Under the pieces are notes generated by a model. It ran no database searches. It was not told the DNA's origin and worked only from the letters and a program-made list of their open reading frames with translations. This document shows positions 45,867 to 57,657 of a DNA stretch of 64,000 nucleotides, one piece after another (the stretch's first letter is position 1; each line of letters opens with the position of its first letter). The position numbers and the translations under genes are program-made. Origin of the DNA: the human T2T-CHM13v2.0 reference genome, Homo sapiens; NCBI RefSeq assembly GCF_009914755.1, contig NC_060942.1; one strand, given 5' to 3'.

Positions 45867-48414
45867 GAACTCAGGACTTTGAGCTAGACAAACCTGAGGT
45901 TAAAACCTAATTTCATTATTGGCTGCCTTAAGATCCAGTTGTTTAACATCTGTCTCTGTTTCCTCAGCTATGAATACAGGATAGTAGTAATCCTTGCATC
46001 TCACTAGGTTCTTGTTAGGATTTAAAAAATACAACAGGTATAAGGTACACAGCACACCTCTCTAACACACTGAGAAGCACTGTGACATGCTCACCCACAC
46101 TATTATTTTACCCAACATCATGCAAAACAGTCACAGGGAAGACCAGGCAAAAGAGAATGATCAATAATCCAAAATTCAGCTCCAAACCTAAAAAAGTTTT
46201 CAGAAGGCACATGCATATACAGAAGCATTTACATGCACAAATATCAGCACACTAATCCTCAAGCCCCATTACGCAGTACAAAGGACAGAAAGACAGCAGT
46301 GAGACCAAGGTTATTTCCAATAAAGGATTTGCAGGGCCATAGAGAATTAGCAAATAAAAACTTGTTTTTTAAAATAACAAATAAGAAAGCACAGTTTGGA
46401 ACTCCTTATCTTGGGCCTCAGTTTTCTTTGCCTGTATAATGAAGGCACTGGGCAACATTTCTAATGGGTTTCTATACCCAAAATTCTGTGATTCTAACAT
46501 AATGGGTTTAACGCCACTGTACTTCTTTTAACCTGTTAAATTACTCTGCCCTTTACAAAAAGCCACAGAACCCTTATGAATTATACCATTTACGATTTTA
46601 AGGGTGTTTTCACTCACTTATACACACACACACAATATTAAGCAGCTCTCCTCAACAAATATCTTTAAGGGGAAACCAATTTTTTTTTCATGCCATCACT
46701 ATGAACTCAAAACTAATTCAGGATGTGACCACGTTAATTTTCTGTATCATACAAAACTACCCACCGGACTGATTTTTTTCCGCCTCAATGAATTCACTAA
46801 ATTGGCATATTATGTTGGTGTCATGTGGATATAGGTTAGCTAACTTAGGTAAATTTCAGGCAATACTTTCCTCTTCCAAAAATGACCCACAACAGAGATG
46901 TGGTGTGTTTTAACGCTGCTCTTAATTGTTCAAACACTCGTTCATTTGACAATCTTTTAACAATACCTGAACACCTCAGTAAAACTAAACAGTCACAGGG
47001 GAAAAAGCTCAACTTTTAAACTAAGGGAGAAAGATGTAGTATCTGTCATAGACCAGCAGTAAATACATGTAACAGATGTGACCAGACCTGATCTAACAAG
47101 TTCTTTAGAATGTATCATTTTAGTGGCCCAACTTTAAAACGACTTTTTAAAAAGATGTCAAAGCTAGGATGTTTATCTTTTCCTCACAAGAGTCAAAAGT
47201 AACCAAATAAACTGTCCTTCTGCTATATCAGAAAATTAAGTCCATACTCATCAATAAATTATAGACTCTTTAGATGATTTTCTTTTTTTGGTAACTTAGG
47301 TATCCTACTTTTCAATGAGAATAATTTTCCAATCATCCAGGCATGTGGATGCTTTTAGTTTGTTTTAAGATCAATGATATAACGGATATTAAATCCCTTT
47401 GTTTAAGTTACCATATAGGTTATAACTATTTCTTAAAAATAATTCCAGAGCCCACCAATTTTCCCTGTTAAGGTCATCGAAGCTCTGAACCATCATGGCT
47501 GAATTGTTTTAGTGCTTTCTGCTGAACACCTGCAAACATCAAACAAAAACTGCTAGTCCTTTCCTGGGTTGACAAAAGCCTTTCATGTGAAAAATGCTCC
47601 CTGGGAATGTCAGGCTGTAGCTCAGGTTACATTCCATTCTCCCTAGCAGCCTCACCATTTCTTAAGGTGGTAGGAAAAACCATGTTTGTGAAATGAAAGA
47701 TTAAAGGGAATATGGCCACACTTTATTTTTATTCTCACATTGCAAATCACTATGGAGCATCCTATATTAATGGAATCAAAAGCTATTGGGAACTTTAAGC
47801 ATGAATTATTACCATGCCTCACTTTGAAAAACCATAGCTGATTTTTCAAATAGGAACAGTCTACTTATAGTTTAGATCTTTCCTAAATCCAAGTTTCAAA
47901 GCCATCCATGAAAGGGACATCTGAGTCCACTCAAGACAATGGATATTAACTTGAGGTAAATTTAGAAAATTATTTCTCTCTCCAAAGTTTCCTAGTTGAT
48001 CCTTCCAATTAAAGGGCAAAATGCAGTATTCATGATTTTTAAAATGTATTACGCTTTTTAAAAGATTTAACTCTTTTAAGTGGAAATACAACCCGTTTTC
48101 TTAACTAACAGCCCTGTGTTCAAATACTATCTTGATAGAGGAAAACTGAACACTCCAATCTGTACCCTACATATTATAATCACCATCATACTACATGAAA
48201 TGAATACCCTGCATTCTCATTCAGGCTGCCAGAATAAAAGGACCATTACACTTTTTACCCTTACAAGTAAACATTTGGTCCTGAAAACACCATTTCTGGT
48301 ACAACGTAACTTAAAGTTCCACACCTTCAAAATAATCACTGTGTATGCATTAGAAGCAGTGTAACATGACTTATTAAGAGTGAAGTCTCTCTCCAGGTTT
48401 GCATGCATGAACAT

Positions 48415-48456
48415 ATGTGTGTATGTGTATGTGTGTATGTGTGTATGTGTGTGTGT
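48415..48456. repeat. (TG)n/(TGTA) microsatellite
   Basis: Seen directly. Confidence 0.85.
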
Positions 48457-50359
48457 TATTGTCTTCAGAACTGTGTAAGTGTTGATATATCATCACTTAC
48501 CAAAATGCATTAATACATATTCAACTTATTAAGCCTGTACTCTCTATAAACATTTAAACATCACAGCAAGAACTTTATTTAAATGTGAACATAGAAAATG
48601 GATCAGACATACAGTTGTCTTTTTAAATGTAACACAATCTCATATTTCTAAACACCTTACTTTATTAAATATCTAATGTAATATACTTAAGTTATTCTAA
48701 ATGCATATTTTCACAACATTGCAAACTAGTTTTTTAGCATTGACTTTAAAAGTAGTCTATCTCTGTGTCTGTCTGACATAAGCTACTTTTAGATTGAAAC
48801 TGAATACACATTTTTAAGTTAAGTCATAAAAAAATTACTGTCAAAAAGTTAGTTTTGATCTTGTCTAACATGAAAAATTAATTTGCCCACAAAAGATACT
48901 TGTCCTTACCTTTACATCAAACATGCATATTAATATTTTCCATCTTAAAAGTTGCATAGAGGATACCATACAGAAATTTAAAGATATAATACTAATATAA
49001 AAACTATCCCAAATCCCTAAGTGGAAAACATAACCAGGTCCAGGATAGTAAAACACAAACATATTGTCTGTCAATGGTCCTTTTAATCAATGTGCACCAG
49101 AAAACTAAAATAAAAATACAAGAAGCATCTCACATTTTTTAAAACAAGTTATCGAGACACAAATTCCCTAAACTTAGGCAGGCAATAGAAGGAGAAGGAA
49201 CTTATTTGGAAATGAGCAACTTTTAAAGCCATTAGTTTTATAAAAATATACCAATTATACAAATCACATAAGTGAACAAACTTCTTTCATTGCTATAGCA
49301 CCAAATGAATATTAAAAGATGTTAAATTATATTCATAGTTGACAGACAATTCCACTGGCATCTCACAGTTAAAAGATGTCAACATTTACCAGTCTGACTT
49401 AAGAATAGTACTCGGCCTAATGTACTGTTATATACCATTGCCAGAACTCCTAAAATACTGCAGCTGTTTAACAAGCATAAATGGACTTAAGCCACGGACT
49501 TAAAGGATAGCAGGCAACAATGTATAACTTTTTCTTATTTGAAATTCATTGGATTAAAAAAAATACATTTTAAATAAATATTTTCACTCTGCACTTTTAA
49601 TAAGATATTCGAATAGCCCTGTAATAAACCCCTCCTTAGATTCCAGATAATCACTGTGCACACAGATTCCTTTGTGAATAGTGCTAGCATCTTTTTTAAG
49701 CATCACCCAAAGATCTTTCATTTATAAAACGTAAAAGTCCTTCCAGATTTGCAACTTTAAATACAGTAAAAATTCATTGCACAAGTAAATCGTTAGGGAA
49801 AAAAAAACAGCTAAAGCATCAAAAAGGGTATTTTAAATATAAATGAATTCATATTTAGCCTCTAAGATTAGCAAGAGGCTATTTACAGCTATGGTTTACT
49901 ACATAGCATTCATTTGCAGAATTAAGTGTTCATTTCTTTAAAAGGGTTAATTGTATACAGTACCTAATAAATGATATTATTTACAAGGGATTTTCCCATT
50001 TTATGAATGTTAGAGATTTTTTCCCCTTATTTTCAAATAGAAAACATTAATTTATTCCCCATGTTAACACTGGTCTTATCTTCATGTGTTTGATTACAAC
50101 TGTATTAGAAAATTGCTCTTAAATTAAGTGATGAAATTTTGAGAGAGTTTCCTTGACTTAAAAAAAAAGACCTAATTTTAATCGCACAAGATAACATTTT
50201 GTGTAAGTTATACCACTGATGGGTAATGCAATAACCATATGATTACAGGCTAAAATTCAATGACTTTTTCAGAACTCTTCAACAGAGCCAAAAACATACA
50301 ATTGAGTAAATAAACAGCCCAGAACATTTAACTTAACACTAAGAAAAGAATTTACATAC

Positions 50360-50432
50360 TTGAGCCAGTAAAATGTCCACTTGCCAAAGAAGTTGGTCCA
50401 TTTTTCCCACTGCTCACAGGAGGTGAAAACAT
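50360..50432 (-). CDS. TCF4: TCF4 second coding exon, 73 nt: MFSPPVSSGKNGPTSLASGHFTGS+1 nt; its first codon is an ATG usable by shorter isoforms (TCF4-C type)
   Basis: Acceptor TTTTAG|ATG at 50433/50432, donor TCAA|GTATGT at 50360/50359; in phase with the previous exon and matches the known TCF4 sequence. Confidence 0.97.
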
Positions 50433-50941
50433 CTAAAAGAAACAAAGAAATATTACAGTTGAAAAGAAGACACTTGTGCCTTCAGAGCTCCTCAAAGATC
50501 TTTCATACTGTTACCAAACAGCTTAGAGTTTATGCTAAGGGTTTATTTAGTAAAATACATCACCATCCAACTTAAAACTAAAAGAGAAACAACATTACAG
50601 ATCCCACCCCAGCCCCCATTATCACTCTGTTCTTTCTTTTTCCTCAGGTTCATTAGATGGCCAAGCAGTATTACTGCTACATTTGGAACAAACACAGTCC
50701 CCATAATGTTATCAAGATTCAGGTTGGAGGCCAGCAGTCTCTCTAGAAAAACACTAGTTTCACCAAGGAGAAGAAAAAAGTTGTTTTGTTTTATATTGAA
50801 AACCTTGGCCATAAACGTGGCAATGTCCATTTCCATCTCGTATAGGATTTGCCTGTCATATGTGAACCCAAATAAAAATAAAAGTGCCACCTGCACTAAA
50901 TTCTCATTTCGTCTCTAACAGGAGAGCAATTTGAAGCAAGA

Positions 50942-50987
50942 CTCTCTCTCTCTCTCACTCTCACTCTCTCTTTCACTCCCTCTCTCT
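50942..50987. repeat. (CT)n-rich pyrimidine tract
   Basis: ctctctctctctctcactctcactctctc... Confidence 0.8.
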
Positions 50988-51196
50988 CCAGCATTTATTT
51001 CGACCCTAATTGGTTTCCCTCTTCTTCGACGTATCTAGTGGATAATGCACACCTTCCCTGAGTCAGAGCCTGCAAAAAGCAAAGGAACGAATGGAGAAAG
51101 TGCAACAAGCAGAAAGGGGGCTGCAAAGCTGCCTGCCTAGGGCTACGTTTCCTGGCAAAACTTCCGAAAGCCATTTCTCCAAAAGAAGGTCTAGAA

Positions 51197-51235
51197 GAGG
51201 AGGAGGAGGAGGAGAAGGAGGAGGAGGAGGAGGAG
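51197..51235. repeat. (GAG)6 AAG (GAG)6 tract abutting CTG18.1
   Basis: Counted directly. Confidence 0.95.
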
Positions 51236-51253
51236 CAGCAGCAGCAGCAGCAG

Positions 51254-51286
<33 letters not shown>
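51236..51286. repeat. CTG18.1 trinucleotide repeat (Fuchs endothelial corneal dystrophy locus): (CAG)7 CAC (CAG)9 on plus, non-expanded
   Basis: Counted directly; lies in the intron between the first two TCF4 coding exons, as established for CTG18.1. Confidence 0.97.
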
Positions 51287-51288
<2 letters not shown>

Positions 51289-52081
51289 TGAAAGAGCCCC
51301 ACTTGGAAGGCGGTTTGGATTTTATTTGTGTGTTTTGTGGATTCTTTTTATTTTGCTTTACAAATGCATCTTACACCAAACTCATCTGGCATTAAAAATG
51401 AATTCATTCTCCTGACATGTCTGGGACTTGGTTTAGGAAAAGGAAGCAAAGGGATGGAGAAGGACCAAGTACAGCCGTAAAACTCCACAAGTGTGTCAAG
51501 TTCCGCTTTGTGCTGATCCTACGACTACGAAATTTACCAAAACAGTCCAAAAGGTTCTAAAGAATGTATGCTCAGCATATCCATACTAGTTTTAAGAATC
51601 CTAGGAAAAGATGTAACTAGGAGGTAAGATGTAAGGAACAGGTCCTACCAATCCAAAGCATCATTAGCTTAAAACTTTAAAGAGACAACTGGGTCTCCTA
51701 TTTTCTATTTTCCATTTCCAAAAACAATAAATAAAACGAAGAGTAGTGTGCAAAGTATTAGTAGTCTCAGTGTTCAGACATGGCCAAGTTTTAGGGGTGG
51801 TTTAGTTTTAGGGGTGTCTATTTTTGCTTTCCACTGGGGTGAGATTCCATTATTTGGGGTAATCAGTGGGTAGGGAATTGAAGGCCAGTAATAAAACTCA
51901 AAAAAAAAAAAAGCCTGAATCTTCCATCACACCACAAAATTATAGTTAAAAACTTGTCAAAAAGACCTTCATATTTACCAAGGATTCAGCCAATTAAAAA
52001 TTATTACTGTCCTTTAGATTCCTACTGGTTTCTAGCTGAAGTGTTTGGGTTTTTGTTTTGTTTTTTTCACAGCTGTTGTTA

Positions 52082-52483
<402 letters not shown>

Positions 52484-52869
52484 TCAGGGAAAGAAAAAAA
52501 AAAAGCCGCTCTTCAGCGCATCATTTTATGCAACAGGAGGTAGAGCGAGAAATGAATGGATTACAGAGAAAAGAGAAACTACTGAGAACGATCCGATCTC
52601 AACTTTCCCCCCACCCTGCACCCCACCCCCCTCGCACACTCACACTCGCACACGCACACACACTCGCACACACCACTCCCCTCCGCTTTTCAAAGTAGCT
52701 ATCAAGAAATTAAAGATGAGCGTCTCTGGAGTGAAAACACGTCCAAAGGGGGAGGGGTGGGGTGACAGGGTTGGGGGGAGCGGAGTGGAGGGTCGGGTCC
52801 TCTAATTGTCCAGCACCCTAATTTGTGAAAGAAAGGGGTTATAAAAATTAAAGTCAGGCCCCTGGCAAA

Positions 52870-53490
52870 GTCCTCGGTCCCTCCGAGGGGGCATCAAGGG
52901 GAGGGGCGGGGGGGCTGGCGGCGAGGGGGAGGGAAGCGGCGGGAGGGGAAGGGGTGTCTCTTCTGGGAGCGCCGGGCGCCGGGAGCCCGCGGCGCGGGAG
53001 GCGCGGAGCCGCGTGCGGGGCCGCCGAGCCCGAACCCCGCGCCGCCGGGCGCCTCCGCCCCGCCGAGCCCCGCAGGCGCCGGTACCTACCGCCCGCGCGC
53101 GAGAAGGGGCTCTCCGTGCACCGCCGGCGCCGAGGCGGCGTTCATGTCTAACCGCCGCCGCCACCGCCGCCGCCTGCTCCTGCGCCCGCTCCCGCGCCTG
53201 CTGCCTCCCCGCCGCCGCCGCCGCCGCCGCCACTACAGATCCGCAGACACACAGCCAAGATCCCTGACTCTTAACACCAACTCTCTTCTCCGGGGAGGGG
53301 AGGGGACGGAGGGAAGGGGGGAGGGGGAAACACGCCGAGGCGCACGGAATTGCAAGTTCAGCAAAGAAATGGGTGGGGGGGCTCCGGCGGGGAGACGCGA
53401 CTTGCTCCGGGTCGGGCAGGCTAGGATGCATCCCCCTCGCACCCACCCCGAGGGGAAAAAAAAAAAATCTCAACACCTCCCCCGCCTCGC
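52870..53490. promoter_or_regulatory. CpG island over the TCF4 5' exon and intron boundary
   Basis: Very high GC and CpG density against an AT-rich, CpG-depleted background; GC boxes and G-runs. Confidence 0.92.
53209..53231. repeat. (CCG)7 = (CGG)7 on the TCF4 strand, in the 5' exon; second imperfect tract at 53152-53174
   Basis: Counted directly. Confidence 0.9.
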
Positions 53491-53521
53491 CAAAAAATAC
53501 AAACGAAAATTCATCGAGCAC

Positions 53522-53587
53522 CTCATTTTTCCTCAGATCGTCAGTTACAATCTGAAGCCTGAACAGTTCAGTTTTTGCCCGTTGCAT
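53522..53587 (-). CDS. TCF4: Alternative N-terminus MQRAKTELFRLQIVTDDLRKNE (TCF4-E-type isoform), spliced from an internal donor
   Basis: ATG at 53587, 22 codons, then GAG|GTGCTC donor at 53522/53521; phase 0 fits the exon at 50432. Isoform name recalled from published TCF4 isoform work. Confidence 0.75.
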
Positions 53588-54731
53588 CCCTCGGAGGCAC
53601 TTTGAAATTTATTCGAGTTTACATCCCCTCACTTCTTTCTTTCTCTTACTCTCGTTCCCTCTCACTCACACATCCACACACGGCAAAGCAAGTTTATACT
53701 AGGCTGCAAATACACGTGATGCAAAAAGACTTTGCCAAGAGGAACAATATTTTTCTTTTTCGTCTATAAATCAAGCCACATTTTCCTGGGGAGATTTTCG
53801 TTTCGGTAGTTTTGCGTTGGGGGCGAAATCTGAATTGCATACTTTCTTTCCCCTCCCTTTTAAGTCACAGAATAGTATAACTGCAAACTTCGAAAAAAAA
53901 AAAGGGCAATTTTTGGGGGTGGATGTTGTTTTGTTTTTGCACTTGAGTTCCTAGGCACGCTAAGTCCCTGTTCGCCAGCACTGTAAGTTTTTAATTCAAC
54001 ATTTACCATTATAGGCCCTGCATGCTCTTAAAACATACTTTTTCACATCACTTTTTAGGATAAAATTTAAGCTTCATAATTCTATCGTTTCGTAATAACA
54101 AGCGTGCTTTATCCGGTATATGCAACATAAGCTATTTTAACGTGTGTTTGAAAAAAAAAACACACATTCTACAAATCCTGGTATTGCTAGATGTGCGAGT
54201 ACATACACAAAATGCATGCACACACTTTTTCCCATTGGCAATTATTTAATAGGTTGTCCCTTTTGTTTTAATAAAACATCGGGATCGACATTTTAAAAAT
54301 TAAATTCAATTACAAACAGTTTACTCTGACGGCAAATTGAAACGTTACCTTAAATGGCCACAAATATTCTCACAATATTCCAAGGAAAGAGACTTTAAAA
54401 AGAGAGACAAAAATCTTCTGCAAGTACTTAGTATCTCACATGTGTATCCCCAAAAAGTATTTTAACTGGTACTCAGTCCTGCTCCAGGGATATCCACAGA
54501 TTACAAGATTATGCACCTGGCTCTGGTTTTTGCATTTTCCACCATAAAACTGCAACAAAATTCCCTCCCCCAAAAAAGAAATCATTAAAAAAAAATCCAA
54601 CAACTTTTTCTTATTGTTTATAAAAAAAAAATGAACACAGGATAGTTATAATTTTTCCTCAAACAATTCTTGTTGGTGATTTTTTTTCTTCTCTCATAAA
54701 GTCTTAAACTTGTTCCAAGTTTAGAGGTGTC

Positions 54732-54763
54732 TCATCATCATCATCCTCCTCCTCATCATCATC
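54732..54763. repeat. (TCA)n/(TCC)n compound trinucleotide repeat
   Basis: tcatcatcatcatcctcctcctcatcatcatc. Confidence 0.85.
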
Positions 54764-54765
54764 AC

Positions 54766-54975
54766 CATGGACTCCCCCGTGGAGTCACATTGATAATAAT
54801 AGGTTTCCCTGAAAGATACATTGTAATCCATTCACATCCGGGAACTGCGGGCTTATAAAGAGAAGGAGCTGCGGCCGCGGCTGCTCCTCCAGACAATGAC
54901 TGGGAAGGGGCGGGGCGGGAGCAGGCGACCATAGAGTGGTAAACAGAGCGCCTAGAGAGGCGGCCAAGATGGCGG
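54766..54975 (-). other. TCF4: Probable alternative non-coding first exon of TCF4
   Basis: Lies in the CpG promoter; candidate donor CCATG|GTGATG at 54766/54765. Boundaries are inferred. Confidence 0.45.
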
Positions 54976-55330
54976 TGCTGGTCGACCACGCCTCCTCCGG
55001 GAGCGGAGGCGGGTGGCTGTTCTCGGGTAGGCGTCGCGCGTGGGGCGGCACTGTGGGAGTTCCCGAGGCCGAGGTCGTTCGCAGGCCCCATTTCCCTGCG
55101 CTCTTATTCGTGTTGCCGCTTCTTGGCCGTCCTTGCTCTTTGACACAAAAGTGTAGTTTCGGCACAAATTTACAAATTAAACTCCACAGACTTCCGCAGG
55201 GAAGTGAGATACCCCCAGGTCTCCCTGAGGAAGGCTCGGGAAAGACTGGGCCGGCCTCACTCACAGTAAGCCTGACCCTGGGTTCTCCCACTGTGTGGAG
55301 CCAGATTTCTCAGCGAGCCTTGGGCGGCAT
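54770..55330. promoter_or_regulatory. Second CpG-rich promoter (upstream TCF4 start-site cluster) with Sp/KLF, YY1 and ZNF143-like motifs
   Basis: GGGGCGGGGC at 54907-54916; CAAGATGGCGG (YY1) at 54965-54975; ACTCCCACAGTGC (minus strand, SBS-like) at 55048-55060; dense CpG. Confidence 0.8.
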
Positions 55331-56550
55331 GGGAAAAGGCCTCTGGGCCAAGTTGGTCCTAGGCTGGAAGAGGGATGTGGGTCCTCTCCTCCAACTCCCC
55401 CACCCTATCTTCTTATAGAGCGCTGGAAGTGTGTGAACTTTCCAAGTCCAAAAAGTCTTCACTTGGCGAAGACCTTCATCTATTGCTTTGTAGACTCAAA
55501 TGTAGTTTGTGCCATAAGCCACGACTGACTCAACCCATTTCTGGCCAAGCAGTTACCTTCTGTAGCCTGTTTTCTGGTCTGTGTAAAGCAAATAACGCCC
55601 ACTTTACGAATTTTATAGTGGATACAGATAAAGATGAAGCCACCACGAAAGAAATAATTCCTTTTCATCTCTTAATTCCTTGCTAAATCAACTGATACCG
55701 CTAACCTAGCCAATGGAATTTTAAATGGAAATTTCCCTACTCCAAAACAATAGCTTTTAGTCTTTGCAACAGAAAAGCAAGTAATAATAATGACAGATAA
55801 CACATGTGTTTACTATATGCTAAACAGTGTTCCTATAACTTCACAAATACTGGCTACTTTAAGCCTAAGAATAACCCTATGGAGTATGTATTACTACTGT
55901 AATTTGTATATTGGGCAACAGAAGCAAGTAAAATTGAGTAGCTTGACCCAAGGAAGAAGTTTTGTAAGTGGTACAAACTTAACTAAGTCACACAACTATA
56001 TTGAGTGACAGAGCCCACCTTTGAAACCAGACAGTCTGTGATAACAGTCCACATTCAACCATATTCCTATATACCATCTGGCAGTGGGAACATCCTAATC
56101 TCCATTTGCTGATAAAAGTTTGTGGCAGTAACAGAGTTCAGATCAATTTCGGCGATCTTTTACTTACATGTAAGTTTTTACAGAACAAGAATTAAGGCAT
56201 TTATTGGTTGTTTCCTGTACATTCACACATGGTGAAGATTCCTGTCTTCCATCCCCATTCGGTGTTCTCATCTCAAAATAATATCTTACATTTAGACATT
56301 ACTTTTTGCTGCATTATCACAAGCATCATCCCCAATTCTCAGAGTTAACCCCTACAGGTTCTGCTTAGATGATGTAATGAAAAGATCACAAACGTTGGGT
56401 TAGGAGAAATTCCACTGGCTCTACCTCTGGTCATTCTTTGAACTAAGGCCCAATGTCAATGTCTTTTGCTGTAAAATCCAGAGGTTAGATTAGATAATCC
56501 AATAAAACCCCTTCTAGCTTTTAGGTTTTTAAGACTCCTCATTCCGCTGA

Positions 56551-56892
<342 letters not shown>

Positions 56893-57285
56893 TAAATAAT
56901 CTATCCAGAAACCAATGATAGGATGAAGTTTGGGATCTAAAGGTATCCAATTGCTAGTCTCGTTGCTTCTTCGTTTTTTGACCCTACAATCAGAAAACCA
57001 GGGAACAACCCTTCGTATTTTAAATTTCAGGGACAAATGTGGGTGTTTTGTCTTCTTTTTGTTTTTGTTTTTCCTTAATTATCAGAGAATAAATACTTAT
57101 TCTGTCACAGAATTGTCACAGAATGTTATACTTAGAAGATTGGAGGCACCTAAGAAAAGGAGAACCAAGAGGGTCCTGTGAAACTTAAATAAAAAAGGAG
57201 GGGTAGTAGGCATGTTTTGGGATGCCTCTTCAATTTGCAGACTCCCTTGCCTAGGAACCTGTTCATAAATCCTCATATAGAAGTA

Positions 57286-57657
57286 TGTCTTAGTCAATTC
57301 AGGCTGGCCAAAATACCACAGACTGGGTGACTTCAACAGCAGACATTTGTTTTTCACACCCCTGGAGGCTACAAAGTCTGACATCAGGGTGCCGTCATGG
57401 TCAAGTTCTGGAGAGGGCTCTCTTCCTGGCTTGCAAATGATTACCTTCTCACTGAATTCTCACATAGTGGAGAAAGAGAGAGCTTTGGTCTTTCTTCCTC
57501 TTCTTATGAGAACACTAATGCCATCATGGAGGCTCCCCCTTCATGATCTCAGCTAACCCTAGTTATCTCCCAAAGACCCCACCTCCTAATACTAGCACAT
57601 TGGGAATTAGGGTTTCAACTGAATTTTGGAGGAGACACAAACATTCAGTTCATAGCA
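57286..57657 (-). mobile_element. MLT1A-like MaLR solo LTR
   Basis: tgtcttagtc...aaataccacagactgggtg...aaacattcagttcatagca; TG...CA ends. Confidence 0.82.

Larger units (their letters stand above)
53090..53681 (-). other. TCF4: TCF4 GC-rich 5' exon (mostly 5'UTR); 5' end approximate
   Basis: Donor GGGCG|GTAGGT at 53090/53089; joining to 52194 gives ...GGGCG|GTTTGTGTGATTTTGCTAAAATG, which I recognise as the TCF4 mRNA leader. Confidence 0.85.

Noticed and set aside
50532-50918. 128-aa and 117-aa opposing ORFs
   Set aside because: No recognisable protein similarity; they lie in intron or alternative-UTR territory.
51788-51817. TTTTAGGGGTG twice, as a telomere-like seed
   Set aside because: Only two non-adjacent units; compatible with chance or a tiny duplication.
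52802-53605. 261-aa and other long unspliced ORFs across the CpG island as independent genes
   Set aside because: Stop codons are scarce in GC-rich DNA; only the first 22 codons (isoform) or the spliced uORF are supportable.
54762-55418. 109-168-aa ORFs over the upstream promoter
   Set aside because: Overlapping on both strands, GC-driven, with no recognisable domain; the ATG in CAAGATGGCG is better explained as a YY1 motif.
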